A model generated the notes under the pieces. It worked only from the letters and a program-made list of their open reading frames with translations, searched no databases and was not told the origin of the DNA. The position numbers and the translations under genes are program-made. A DNA stretch of 64,000 nucleotides from Eledone cirrhosa (Eukaryota). The stretch is taken from the NCBI GenBank assembly GCA_964016885.1, contig CAXHJY010000706.1:1-64000 (forward strand). The letters run 5' to 3'. Shown one piece after another: positions 26,536-41,305 of the stretch; the stretch's first letter is position 1; every line of letters begins with the position of its first letter.

Positions 26536-26893
26536 ATGTGGTCTACCTTTCGTGGTAGGGTCTATACCGTAGTTAGAACTCAATGTAATCCGTTTAGCAT
26601 GTAGTTCAGTGATATTCAGTGATTGGTTCTGTTTCGCTGAGCCAGTCTTTCAGATACAGAGTCTGATATATTACATATTATATTATTTAACAATGATAAC
26701 AAAGGCAAGTTATTTTACATATATCATTCGTTGTATTACGATCGTTTCGGAGGGTTGATCATATCGATATATTTACTGATATATATCAGTTAGAGAACTG
26801 TATACTATCAGACATACTATATGGGTTCAATCATACCGACTTCTTTAAATGTCTTTGGTAGTGTACAGAATAAAATATTAATATGGTATCAGT

Positions 26894-26988
26894 AATAAAA
26901 CACTGTTTATCACTTGGGTCAAAAATATAACAATAAAATGTAGTACATTATTAGATATTTTTACCCAAGTGATAAACAGCAGTTTATT
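26894..26988. repeat. About 95-bp imperfect palindrome
   Basis: CTGTTTATCACTTGGGT(C)AAAAATAT / ATATTTTTACCCAAGTGATAAACAG. Confidence 0.8.
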
Positions 26989-27015
26989 GGTTCTTCTGAC
27001 AATGTTACTTTATTA

Positions 27016-27114
<99 letters not shown>

Positions 27115-27335
27115 TATATATGTATGCATTTATGTATGTATACACATATATATGTATGTATTTATTTATGTATATATATATGTATATATGTATGTATTCA
27201 TTTATGCATGTATGTACGTATCTATTTATATATGTATGTATGTATGCATCTATGTATATATATGTATATATATGTATATATGTATATATGTATGTATGAA
27301 TTTATGCATTTATGTATATATATGTATGAATTTAT

Positions 27336-27943
27336 GTCGGGTGACTCTTGAGTGCTACTGGTAACATGTAACCCAGTACAACCTGTCGCATGGTCGAGTC
27401 GTCGGCGACTAAACTGGCAACCCCACCAAGATTTCTTGGTGAGGAGGGTGACTTTGGACATCCTGCAGGACTAAAAACAAAACCAGTCAAAGAGCAAAGG
27501 AGCTCTTAAGAGTCAATGGCCATCCAAAATCACCGGGAGAGATGACCCCTTAACCTTTGTCAAGGCAGAATTCTAGGAGAAGGAAAACTCTGATATAACA
27601 CCTGCAACCCTGATGGTATCCAATGATTTTGACTTGTTCTTCTTTTTGGTAAATATCATCTTGGTTAAGAGAGTGGGACTGGCTTTGTGCAGTGCCTTTA
27701 CTCACTATAAAAGCTTCACGGCACAGGCATTGCTTTATATCTGGAGATCTCTCTGCACTTGTCGTCACATGGTACCATGGGCCCAGCACTATGTATCAAT
27801 AATTGTCACAAGTGTAGTGTTTGTACCAGAGTTTTCAAGTCGCTGGCTGGACTAAAAAGTCACACTCGTTCAGCGCATTGGTAGTGGTTCTCCTACATGG
27901 ATATAAAGTAGTGGCCGTACTCGAAAACGAGTTGGCAGCCACC
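27336..27943 (+). mobile_element. About 600-bp non-autonomous retroposon (RTE-derived-like) with (TATG)n tail
   Basis: Near-identical inverted copy at 57867-58458; both are embedded in (TATG/CATA)n; no long ORF. Confidence 0.75.
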
Positions 27944-28105
27944 ATGTATATATGTATATATGTATGTATGAATTTATGCATGTATGTGTGTATTTATATA
28001 TGCATGTATGTATGTATGTATGTATTTATTTATGTATGTATATAAATATATGTATATATGTATGCATGAATTGATGCATTTATGTATGTATGTATATGTG
28101 TATGC

Positions 28106-28136
<31 letters not shown>

Positions 28137-28158
28137 CATGTATGTATATATTTATGTA

Positions 28159-28211
<53 letters not shown>

Positions 28212-28502
28212 ATGTGTCTATGCATCTATCTATCTATCTGTATACATGCATAGGCACATTTTATTGCTGTTGACTTATTTACACTATACGTTGTTAATCG
28301 TTTAATTGCCGCCCAAGACATACACGTTTTTTCTATTAAAGTTGCTATCGTCTGGAGTTGGGAAGGGCGGGTCATACCATGTTTAGGTGCTAACAACTAG
28401 ACTTTGGCTTTATACTTTATACTTCTTGTTTTTCTTCTTCTTTTTTTTTTGGGGGGGGGGGTTGTTTGTTGTTTGATGTTTGTTGTTTGTCTGTTGGCGA
28501 TA

Positions 28503-29690
28503 TTGATAGTAAATAGTAGTAGTGGTTTTGTTATGGTGTTTTGTTTTTTTTTACTTTAGTGGTGCTGATGGTGTTGTTGATGGTGATGATGGTGGTGGTG
28601 GTGGTGGTGGTGGTGGTAATGGTGGTGGTGGTGGTATCGGTGGTGGTGGAGTTTATGGTGATGAAGGTAACGGTGGTGGTGTTGATAGTAAATAGTAGTA
28701 GTGGTTTTGTTATGGTGTTTTGTTTTTTTTTACTTTAGTGGTGCTGATGGTGTTGTTGATGGTGATGATGGTGGTGGTGGTGGTGGTGGTGGTAATGGTG
28801 GTGGTGGTGGTATCGGTGGTGGTGGAGTTTATGGTGATGAAGGTAACGGTGGTGGTGTTGATAGTAAATAGTAGTAGTGGTTTTGTTATGGTGTTTTGTT
28901 TTTTTTTACTTTAGTGGTGCTGATGGTGTTGTTGATGGTGATGATGGTGGTGGTGGTGGTGGTAATGGTGGTGGTGGTGGAGTTTATGGTGATGAAGGTA
29001 ACGGTGGTGGTGTTGATGGTATTGATGGCGATGATGATAGTAATGCTGGTGGTGTTGGTGGTGGTGGTATTGATGGCAATGGTTGTGGTGGTGATGGTGG
29101 TGTTGATGGTAATTGTGGTGGTGGTAGTGGTGTGGTGTTAATTGTAATGGTTGTGGTAGTGGTGGTGGTGGTATTGATGGCAATGGTTGTGGTGGTGATG
29201 GTGGTGTTGATGGTAATTGTGGTGGTGGTAGTGGTGTGGTGTTAATTGTAATGGTTGTGGTAGTGGTGGTGGTGGTATTGATGGCAATGGTTGTGGTGGT
29301 GATGGTGGTGTTGATGGTAATTGTGGTGGTGGTAGTGGTGTGGTGTTAATTGTAATGGTTGTGGTAGTGGTGGTGGTGGTATTGATGGCAATGGTTGTGG
29401 TGGTGATGGTGGTGTTGATGGTAATTGTGGTGGTGGTAGTGGTGTGGTGTTAATTGTAATGGTTGTGGTAGTGGTGGTGGTGGTATTGATGGCAATGGTT
29501 GTGGTGGTGATGGTGGTGTTGATGGTAATTGTGGTGGTGGTAGTGGTGTGGTGTTAATTGTAATGGTTGTGGTAGTGGTGGTGGTGGTATTGATGGCAAT
29601 GGTTGTGGTGGTGATGGTGGTGTTGATGGTAATTGTGGTGGTGGTGGTAGTGGTGTTAATTGTAATGGTTGTGGTGGTGGTGGTATTGAT
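28503..29690. repeat. GGT-rich higher-order tandem repeats (about 177 bp x3, then 104 bp x about 6)
   Basis: TTGATAGTAAATAGTAG at 28503/28682/28858; TGATGGCAATGG at 29071/29175/29279 and onward. Confidence 0.9.
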
Positions 29691-30018
29691 GGTGCTGTTG
29701 ATGGTGGTGGTGTTGGTGGATGGTAATGATGGTGGTGGTGGTAATGGTGGTGGTGGTGGTGGTGGTAATGGCTGTGATGATTGCAGTTAATAATGCCTGT
29801 GGGTGTTATTTACATGACGGGATAGTTATTGTTGTTGTTTATTTAGATGTGCCGCGCGCGCGCGTGTGTGTGTGTGAGTGAGAATATGTGTGCATATGTG
29901 CATGTGTGTGTATGCTTGCGTGTATGTGTATGTATGTGTGCGTGTATGCGTATTTGCACATGTGTGCGAGTGTGTGTGTGTATGTAAGAGAGAGAGAGAG
30001 AGAGATACAGAGAGAGAT

Positions 30019-30246
<228 letters not shown>

Positions 30247-30559
30247 GAGAGAGAGAGTGCGACAGAAAGGAAGATGTTTTTGTTTTTGTTATTGGTGCAG
30301 TGATGTGTGGGGAGGGAGGGTATGGCAGTTGATTGTAGCACGTGCATGGTGGCTAAGGGGTTAGGGGTTAGGGCGTAGGGCATTTCAATCGGAAAGGACA
30401 ATAAAAGATTAACAACAAAAGAAGATAGGTAACACACGATGAAACACAAAAGGGAAGATATCCAATATAATGATTTCTACTTTAGGCACAAGGCCAGCAA
30501 TCGATGAGATCGATTATATCAAAACCAGTATTTCAGTGGAACATTATTATATCGACTCC

Positions 30560-30720
30560 GGGCGCCATGCTTTGCAGCAAAGAGTTACGTCCCTTTATGG
30601 TCTGAGTTCAAATCCCGCCGAGGTTCACTTTCCTTTCATCCTTACGAGGTTGATAAAATAAAGTACCAGTAATGTACTGAGTAATTGCTGGCCTTGTGCC
30701 AAAAGTAGAAACAATTATTA
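30560..30720 (+). mobile_element. SINE family A (truncated, inserted in an older reverse copy)
   Basis: B-box, core and tail; reverse fragments at 30468-30558 and 30722-30775. Confidence 0.8.
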
Positions 30721-30789
30721 TATCAACTCTAGAAAGATGAAAGACAAAAGTTGACATCGGTGGGATTTGAACTGAGAGAGAGAGAGAGA

Positions 30790-30873
<84 letters not shown>

Positions 30874-31160
30874 ACTAGTAGGAACAAAAGAGAAGAGAAG
30901 AGAGATCGTTAAAGAGAGAAATAGAGAATATGTAGGGCGAGCTAGAAATACAAGAGCGAGAGAGGGAGAGAGAGAGAGACTATACAGAGAGGAATAGTAA
31001 TAAAAGAATGAGAGAGAGAGAGATTGTGCGTGAGGTGAGTGTGAGGCAGTGAGTGAGAGAATGGGTGTGAGAAGATGAGGGAGGTGGTTGGGGTGGAATT
31101 GAGAATAGAGATGAATACAGAGTACAGAGAAATATAAAAAGAGAGTGAAGGAACGAGTGT

Positions 31161-31229
<69 letters not shown>

Positions 31230-32680
31230 TGTGTGTTTGTATATACGTGTACATTTGACTATGTGTGTGTTTGTATATACGTATATATGTGTGTGTTTGT
31301 ATATACGTGTATATACGTGTATATGTGAGTATGTGTGTGTGTGTGTGTGTGTATGTGTGTTTGTTTGTATATACGTGTATATGTGAGTATGTGTGTGTGT
31401 GTGTGTATGTGTGTTTGTTTGTATATACGTGTATATGTGAGTATGTGTGTGTATGTGTGTTTGTTTGTATATACGTGTATATGTGAGTATGTGTGTGTGC
31501 ATATATGTGTATGTGCATGTGTGTGTGTATGTGTGCGTATATGTGAGTGTGTGTGTATGTATGTGTTGTATTTGTATATACGTGTATATGTGAGTATGTG
31601 TGTGTGTGCATGTATGTGTATGTGTATGTGTGTGTATGTGTGTGTATATGTGAGTGTGTGTGTGTATGTGTGTGTGTTTGTATATACGTGTATATGTGAG
31701 TATGTGCGTGTGTTTGTTTGTATACACGTGTATATGTGAGTATGTGTATGTATGTGTGTGTTTGTTTGTATACACGTGTATATTTGAGTATGTGTATGTA
31801 TGTGTGTGTATGTGTGTGTGTATATGTGAGTGTGTGTGTGTTTGTTTGTATATACGAATATATGTGAATATGCGTGTGTGCGCATGTGTATGTTTGTATA
31901 TATGATGTGTATGTTTGTATATACGTGTATATGTGAGTGTGTGTGTGTCTATGTGTATGTTTGTGTGTGTTTGTTTATATATACGTGTATATGTGAGTAT
32001 GTGTGTGTATGTGTGTGTACATGTGAGTGTGTGTGTGTGTGTGTGTATATGTGCGTGTTTGTTTGTTTGTATATACGTGTATATGTGAGTATGTGTGTAT
32101 GTGAGAGAGATTATATGCGTCTGTGTATGTTTGTCTGTTTCTGTGAAAAAAAGAGAGGCAAAGAGAGAAAGAGAGGGAAGAGAAAAACAGAACGCAAGCA
32201 AATACACGTGGAGATTGAAAGAGAAACAATGGAACTAAGACTAAGAGATGGGGGGGGGGGGGGCAGTTTATAATATATGAGAGGCTGATGAGACAGCTTC
32301 TGGCTAAATAAGATAAAATTAAGCAGAATTTAAGAATTGGGTTGCTTGTAGAGGTTATAGAATAACATTTTAAATTGCACACTAAATGGACATTTCATTC
32401 GGAATCATGTGGAGATATTTTCAAGCGAACATTGAATATGTTCCTTATTTATGACAATACGTCAATGTCGACCACATAAACCAACACCAGAGTATGGTGT
32501 AAAGATCATAACGTTATTAAAAATGTCCGCTCCTACCAAATAAATCCGAGTTCGTGTGTCTCTGATTTACAGGTGAAAGGAAATTGGTTTCTGCGACGTA
32601 AGTAATGGGTCTTAAACGAGAATCGAAACTAAGTCATGAGTCAGGAACCTGGTCAGACAGCGTTTGGTGTAGTATATATA

Positions 32681-33010
32681 TAGTATGTTATGGTATGGTA
32701 TGGTTCAGTAACTCGTGAGGGAATAGTAGGGGCGCCATATTAACAAACGATGTTTCTATGGCATTTTAAGCTTAGCAGAGCCCATCTCCTCTCCAGGTCT
32801 GAACACAGCAGATTTCTTCCAGAGAAAGGTAGAAAGTGAGAGAACGGAAGTCAGAAAGAAAAATAGAGGAAGAATCGACCCCAGTACTGAACTGGTACTT
32901 TTTTATCGACCTCGAAAGGATGAAAGGTGAAGTTAACCTCGGCGGGATTTTACTCAAAGAACAAAGAGCTGGAACGAATACCGCAAAGTATTCTATGGCG
33001 TTCAATTCGT
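32681..33010 (-). mobile_element. SINE family A with long alternative tail ending in (CCATA)n
   Basis: Homologous to 7190-7525 and 63651-63790. Confidence 0.75.
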
Positions 33011-33079
33011 CGCCTATAACCTTTTTTATACTAACATACCATCTCTGCTACTTTGTTATCTCCCCTGTCTTTGCCTGTA

Positions 33080-33270
33080 TTGGATTGGCAGTATCGGTAG
33101 AGAGTCGGACGCCATGCTTTGATGCATAGAGTTACGGCCCTTGTCATTCTGAGTTCAAATCCCGCCGAGGTTAACTTTGCCTTTCATCCTTACAGGGTCG
33201 ATAAAATAAAGTACCAGTAATGCACTGGGTAATTGCTGGCCTTGTGCTGAAAGTAGAAACAATTATTAAA
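33080..33270 (+). mobile_element. SINE family A
   Basis: A/B boxes, core and tail. Confidence 0.9.
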
Positions 33271-35036
33271 TTGCTCACGGTTAGTCTGTATTACAACAAC
33301 CACACAAATCATTTACCTTTCATCCTTTCGAGGATGTGATAGCCTGAGAGAACCGATTAAATAAGTACCAGTAATACACTGAGGTAATATCAATTGGCTA
33401 TCATTTCTTTCTCTTTACAAGAAAAAGAAAATTCTTCCTGCTAACGAAATCCTTTAAGAGCTTTCCTTTCGTAACTCTGTCTATTGCTTGAGAACTCTAT
33501 TCATGTCTCTTCCGAGTAAAGCCATCAGTACTCTATGTTTGTTTCATCTAGCATTGAATGAAAATAACTCACTGAAAGGATAATAGTATTATCTCCTTGT
33601 CGATGACAAATAAGTGAGATAAAATCGAACATCTTAGTGGAAGAAGAAAACATCGATTGAGACGGTTTAGTTTTTTAAAAACCACAAGACTAAAAAAAAT
33701 CAAAAACAGGAAAGCATGATTTTGTTGTTGTTGAAGTCGTGGTGATGGTTTGATTTTGTTGTTGTTGTTGTTGTAGTCGTGGTGGTGATGGTTTGATTTT
33801 GTTGTTGTTGTAGTGGTTGTGGTGATAGTGGCGGTATGATTTTGTTGTTGTTGTTGTTGTTGTTGTGGCTGTTGTTGTTGTTGTTGTTGCTGTTGTTTCT
33901 TTCGGGTTTGTTAGGACAGAAAAATTAGAGAGATCGAAAGAAATTCAATCAAACAGAAAAAATAAATTTAAAAATCGGCCAGAAAACCAAACAGAGTGAC
34001 AGGAGAGACAGAGAGAAGAGAATAACGACAAAAGAGAGAGAGGGAAATAAAGGGAAGTAAGCAAAAGAGAGAGAGACAGACAGAGGGAAAGAGAGAGACT
34101 GAGAAAGACAGAGAGAAAGAGAAGTAAGCAATGTAGAATGAGAGAGAGATGAGAGAGAGAGAGAAGAGAGTAAAGACAAAAGAGAGAGAGGGAAATAAAG
34201 AGAAGTAAGCAAGAGAGAGAGAGAGAGACAGACAGAGGGAGAGAAAGAGAAGTAAGCAATGTAGGATGAGAGAGAGAGAGAGGGGGGAGAGAGACAGAAA
34301 GAGAGAGAGCGATACAGTGAAATTGTGTTCAGATCTGCTTGATAGCAAGAAGAAACTTCAAGTAGGGCGATGATACTGTGATAGGAGCTTGTATGTCAAG
34401 TTTTGTACCATCGTAACTAGAGTTGGGATGTAATGCCAGCGTGACAGGCCTTAATTGACTAAGCATATTCACATCTCATAAAATCCATCTCGGCAATTTT
34501 ACAACAGATCACAACACTAATTGAATAAAAGTGCTTAAAAGGATTTGATGTAGATAGAACCCGGAGCGGGGAAAGTCAACAAGCGAATGACTTCCTCATT
34601 TTTTTTTTTTTTAGTATTTTCTCTCTTTTTTTTCCCCTATTTTTTTTTATTTTATTTTATGTATATATTTACTTTTTTTTTTTGCTGAGATGTGATAGAG
34701 TGTCCGGTATTATGGTAGTTCTGACGCGGCTCTGATCACAAACTCAATTCGTTCCTTTTATCTGCACAGAGCGAATACCTTGGAAATTGTGTAAATTTCC
34801 CCCGATACGAACCGGAACGAGAGGATCACATTGGAAACAGAAAGGCGATGAATATAATATATCTGTTAGATGAAGCGCTGGGAGATACATTAAGTTAAAC
34901 CTCGCTGTATTATACATGTGCAAATAAGAAATATTTGTCCGGAACTTCATACTGTACAGACTGGTGCTGCCTAAAACATTATTAAAGATAATTAGCCACC
35001 ATTAATAAGTGTTAGTTTTACCGGTGAATAAAAGAA

Positions 35037-35060
35037 GTGGTGGTGGTGATGGTGATGTTG

Positions 35061-35092
<32 letters not shown>

Positions 35093-35329
35093 GGTGGTGG
35101 TGGTGATGGTGGTGGTGGTGGTGGTGATGGTGATGGTGATGATGGAAGCGGCGGCAGCGGTGGTGATGGCGGTGGTGATGGTGGTGGTGATGGTGGTGAT
35201 GGTGGTGACGGTAATGATGGTGGTGGTAGTGGTGGTGGTGGTGATGGTGATGGTGATGGTGATGATGGAGGCAGCGGCAACGGTGGTGGTGGTGGTGGTG
35301 GTGGTGGTGGTGGTGGTGGTGGTGGTGGT

Positions 35330-35361
<32 letters not shown>

Positions 35362-35552
35362 TGGTGGTGGTGGTGGTGGTGGTGGTGGTGACGGTAATGA
35401 TGGTGGTGGTAGTGGTGGTGATGGTGATGATGGAAGCGGCGGCAGCGGTGGTGGTGGTGGTGGTGATGATGGTGATGATGATGGTGATGGTCATGGTCAT
35501 GATGGTCATGATGATAATGATGATGATGATGGTGGTGGTGGTGGTGATGATA
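35037..35552. repeat. (GGT/GAT)n microsatellite
   Basis: Direct inspection. Confidence 0.95.
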
Positions 35553-35719
35553 ATATAGTTGTGTAGTGAAAGTCGGAGTAGTTTTGTATTGGTAATATGA
35601 ACCAATGTGTACATATCTGTATATATGTGTATATGTGTATGTGAGTGTCTGTATATATGTATATATATATGTGTGTGTATCTGTATATATGTATGTATAT
35701 ATGTGTTTGTGACAATCTG

Positions 35720-35798
<79 letters not shown>

Positions 35799-36194
35799 AT
35801 TAGTAGGATTTAACTGTGTTGCTGTATTGTGTAATTATTTGCATAACATGTATGTATATTTGTTAGCATAGATATAAGTTTGTATATCAATGTGTGAGTC
35901 ACAGCGAGAAAAAAAAGAAAGAGAGAAAGAAAGAAGGGGAGAGAGAAAAAGAGAAAGAAAGAAAAAAAAAGAAAAAAAAAGAGGGGAGAGGGGAGAGAAA
36001 ATGTGGTTATGTTTGTGTGTGTTTATAGATGATAGCAGAAATAACTGGTATAAAAAAAAACAATGTGTTCATGGTTTCGTAGCGTGAGGCAGTGATATGT
36101 AAATATTATAGATATTTATGGATCATCTGGTCTTCCATATTTAATTAACTACTGTACTAAAATTCTCTGTTATATTTCCTTTTTAAGTATAATA

Positions 36195-37165
36195 TACATC
36201 TTATGCCATATATTAACACATGGCCGCCGTATCTTGCTCCAGTTTTCGTCTGACTAGGTTAAAACCTCTGCACTTTTGCTTCTTGTGGAAAGGATTCGTT
36301 CCACTGGCTAGAAAGAACATCTATTTCCAATATCCTCTGTGTGGAGAGTTTGATATGCTATCACTGATGGTGCAGATAATCCCGGGTTTTGAGCAAGGTT
36401 AACACATCTGCACTTTTGCTTCTTGTGGAAAGGATTCGTTCCACTGGCTAGAAAGAACATCTACTTCCAATATCTTCTGTATGGAGAGTTTGATATGCTA
36501 TGACTACTGGTGCAGATAATCCTGGGTTTTGAACAACTTATGTCGCCGTTTGCCAGACAAATTTTCCCTTAGCTCATCTTTGGAGGGGGCGGTTGTAGTC
36601 ATGGGTCAAGTAAAGATGAAGACTGGGCGCCTTATATAGAGAATTTTGTCATATGTCCACAGCTCCTCTCTACCAATTGGACTATGCGGTCGATGGAACT
36701 TCCACGCTAGATATCTATAGATCAGTAGTGGTACGGAAGAGTTACATTATTCTCGAGAAAATTCTAAACATCGAAGAGAGTCATCTAGCTGGTAGAACTT
36801 TCAGCCTGCGTAGAGGATAACTTCCAGAAATTCGTGGCCTTACAGGGCTCTGAGGGAATTAGTCAGGCCTGCCCAAGATGCGAACAGGATGGCGAAATCA
36901 TCTGCACACTCGAGTTCAGTGTTCGAACCTTGCTGACTTATGGAGTTTTTTCGAACTGCCATTGTCATGTATTGGGTTGATCCAGCTCTTGACCGAGCTC
37001 ATCTTCAAATAATAAACCTATTAGATATCCCGCTGGTACATCGTTCTGGGGTCCAGAGTGTCACGGAGAACTCTGCGTATATCTAACATCCCTACTTTAA
37101 AAAAAACTCACAGGCCCTTTGAATTTTGAGACGGGTTTACCTCTTTCCATTCACGATTTTCTTTG
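36195..37165 (+). mobile_element. Degenerate Tx1/L1-clade LINE ORF2 3' half with internal 140-bp tandem duplication
   Basis: LTRLKPLHFCFLWKGFVPLARKNI.FQ.PL.G (post-RT motif FLWKG...P..GG); ACPRCEQDGEI..LH...QC zinc-knuckle near 36870; duplication at 36257-36536. Confidence 0.7.
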
Positions 37166-37579
37166 GTTTTTTTGGTTTTTTTTGTTCCCTTTGATAATTG
37201 TTTCTTCTTTTGGCACAATGCCAGAAATTATCCCAGTGCATTACTGGTACTTTATTTTATCGACTCCATAAGCATGAAAGGCAATGTTTTGTATTTCAAT
37301 ATATGAATCTATAAGTCATTTGTAAAAAAAAAAAACGTAGTAACACATTTATTTTCAGACTGACCCTTAGAAATAAAATACTAGGGCCTGTGTTCAAGTA
37401 ACTACTTAGCAATCTAGCCGTGGCAACACTACAGCTGCCAGATGTCCGTCAACGTCCTACACTTCACTCAACACTGGATTGTGGACCCCCCCTCCTCCTC
37501 CTCCTCCTATAATTAGTAAGACCACAAATACTAATAATAAATCATCAATCCTCTCATTAACATAATCTCCAACGTCACA

Positions 37580-38029
37580 ACCACCACCACAACAACCACT
37601 ACCACTACCACTACTACCACTATCACCATTATCGCCATCACTACCTCTACTACCACCACTACCACCACTACCATCACTACCACCACAACCACCATTACCA
37701 CCATTATCGCCATCACTACCACCACTACCACCACTACCACCACTACCACCACTAGCACCACTACCACCACTACCACCACTACCACCACTACCACCACTAG
37801 CACCACTACCACCACTACCACCACAACCACCATTACCACCATTATCGCCATCAGTACCACCACTACCACCACTAGCACCACTACCACCACTACCACCACA
37901 ACCACCATTACCACCATTATCGCCATCACTACCACCACTACCACCACTACCACCACAACCACCATTACCACCACTACCATCACCACCATGACAACTACCA
38001 TCTCCATCACGCCTATTATACAACGTACT

Positions 38030-38100
<71 letters not shown>

Positions 38101-38130
38101 TGTAGTAGTAGTAGTAGTTGTAGTAGTGAT
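37580..38130. repeat. (ACC/ACT)n higher-order repeat followed by (GTA)n
   Basis: Direct inspection. Confidence 0.9.
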
Positions 38131-38139
38131 GATGCAGGA

Positions 38140-38189
<50 letters not shown>

Positions 38190-38465
38190 CATGGTCAGTG
38201 TATTGGTTGATGCGTGAAAAGAACGGGGATGGTGTGGGTAGCGGGTAGACAGGGGCTAGGTGGAGAGTGGGTAGGGGGGAGGGAGGTGATAGGGGTCGGG
38301 GTAAGGGTAGGTAAGGTGCAGGGAAGAATGGCGGAGTAGTTTTGCCACGTGTCCTTAAACATAAAATCTTTTAAGCATTGATTTTATTGTATTTTATTGT
38401 ATTTTATTGTATTTTATTGTTTACCAGGGATTAATCGTAAATAGTGGAACCAGGAATAAAATATA

Positions 38466-38845
38466 TAACAACAACAACAATACTAACAACAACAACAATA
38501 CTAACAACAACAACAATACTAATAACAACAACAACAATACTAATAACAACAACAACAACAATACTAACAACAACAACAATACTAATAACAACAACAACAA
38601 TACTAATAACAACAATAATAATACTAATAACAACAACAACAACAACAATAATAATACTAACAACAACAACAACAATACTAATAACAACAACAACAATACT
38701 AATAACAACAACAACAATAATAATACTAACAACAACAACAACAACAATACTAATAACAACAACAACAATACTAATAACAACAACAACAATAATAATACTA
38801 ACAACAACAACAACAATACTAATAACAACAACAGTAATAGTAATA
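38466..38845. repeat. (AAC/AAT)n microsatellite
   Basis: Direct inspection. Confidence 0.95.
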
Positions 38846-38959
38846 TCTCATTTATTCGCCACAAGGGCCGACATGTAGGGGACAATACAAAGACAGGGAC
38901 AGTAATAACAACAACAACAATAATACTAACAACAACAATAATAATACTAATGACAACAA

Positions 38960-39600
38960 TAATTGTTTTTGCGTTAGGCACAAGGCCAGCAATTTTTTTT
39001 TTTTGGGGGGGGGGGGTCGATTAAATCGACACTAGTACATTACTGGTACTTTATTTTATCGACCCCCGTAAGGATGAAAGGCAAAATTAACCTCAGCGAA
39101 ATTTGAACTCAGAACGTAAAGGGCCGCAACTCTATGCCACAAAGCATATTGTCTAACAATAATATTTTCTCATATAGGCACAAGGCCAGCAATTTTGGGG
39201 GGGGGGGGAGTCGATTAAACCGACACCAGTACATTACTGGTACTTTATTTTATCGACCCCCGTAAGGATGAAAGGCAAAGTTAACCTCGGCGGGATTTGA
39301 ACTCAGAACATAAAGGGCCATCACTCTATGCCGCTAAGCATGTTGTCCAACACTCTACCGATTCTGCCAATCCACTGCCCTTAATGTTTTCTGATTTAGG
39401 CACAAGGCCAGCAATTTTGGGGGGAGGGAGGGGAAATTCGATTAAATCCACCTCAGTGCATTACTGGTACTTTACTTATCGGCCCAGTAAAGATGAAAGG
39501 CAAAAACTAACCTCGGCGGAATTTGAACCCAGAACGTAAAGGGCCATAACTCTATACCGCTAAGCCTGTTGTCCAGTGCTCTACCAATACAGTCAATCAG
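38960..39600 (-). mobile_element. Three tandem SINE family A copies
   Basis: Three repeats of AGGCACAAGGCCAGCAATTTT...GGATGAAAGGCAAA...TTTGAACTCAGAAC. Confidence 0.9.
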
Positions 39601-39837
39601 TAATAAGGATAATGTAAAAAAGAAATAAAGAGAAAAATATAAACATGAAAATACCAAAAACACAAGAAAAACAAAGAAACATTATTTGTGATACAATTCA
39701 TTAGCGGGAATAGAATTAGCGTTCAATAAAAACGATGATGAATCGAATATATATATATATGTACATATGTGTATATATATATGTACATATGTGTATATAT
39801 ATATATATTTATATATATATATATGTATACATATATA

Positions 39838-39896
<59 letters not shown>

Positions 39897-39920
39897 CTGT
39901 GTATATATATATATATATGT

Positions 39921-40188
<268 letters not shown>

Positions 40189-40189
40189 C

Positions 40190-40268
<79 letters not shown>

Positions 40269-40345
40269 CTGTGTATATATATATATATGTATATATGTAT
40301 ACATATATATATTTATATATATATATACATATATATATTTATATA

Positions 40346-40393
<48 letters not shown>

Positions 40394-40432
40394 CATATCT
40401 GTGTATATATATATATATATATGTATACATAC

Positions 40433-40470
<38 letters not shown>

Positions 40471-40580
40471 AGAGGTTATATTTAATTTGTTGGGATACAA
40501 CAAGCAAAATATTTATATATATATATTATATATATATACATATATATATATACATTATATATATATACATATATATATAC

Positions 40581-40652
<72 letters not shown>

Positions 40653-41305
40653 TTGCAGACATATATGCACGCCGCCTCAGCCAGCACACACGCACAAGTT
40701 TTATGGCTCACATTTGTATGTTTCATTCTCTATCGTATTTTTAAATACCGTATTCTGACTTCATGTCGATAAGGCGGTGGTGGAGATAGCGTTGCCGTCG
40801 TCGGTGGTCGATGGTAAGGGCTGGGTGGGTGGGTGGTTTGTAATGGATTGCTGTTTTTATTGTTATTTACTACCAAATCAACCCTAATCGAGAGTAGATA
40901 TAAAAGTGTTGTTTTTTTTAATTTATGCACAATGCTAACAATTTATGAGGAGAGATAAGTTGATTACCTCGAATCCCAGTATTTAACTGGTACTTTTTCT
41001 TTTCAACCTTTGAAGGATGAAAGGCTAAGTTGATCTCGGGGGGATTTAAACTCGGAATGTAATGAGCTGTAATTAAATATTGCAAACAGTTTTGTCTAGC
41101 GCTCTAACGATTTATATCTGTATTTTTGACCGTTGGTCAGTCAATGATAAACATTGAGGACCAAATGGAGATATAAAAGATACAGAAGCGAAAACCAACC
41201 AAACAGTGAGTGTGTTCTGTTATTATTTCTGGCAATATTATTACAACAATATGACCCTCCCCAAGTATAACAATATATATATATATATATATATTATGTA
41301 AACAA

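Noticed and set aside
35009-35566. Gly/Asp-rich ORF resembling a structural protein (also 37457-38023 and 28877-29245)
   Set aside because: GGT/GAT microsatellite open in several frames; no signal peptide or splice evidence.
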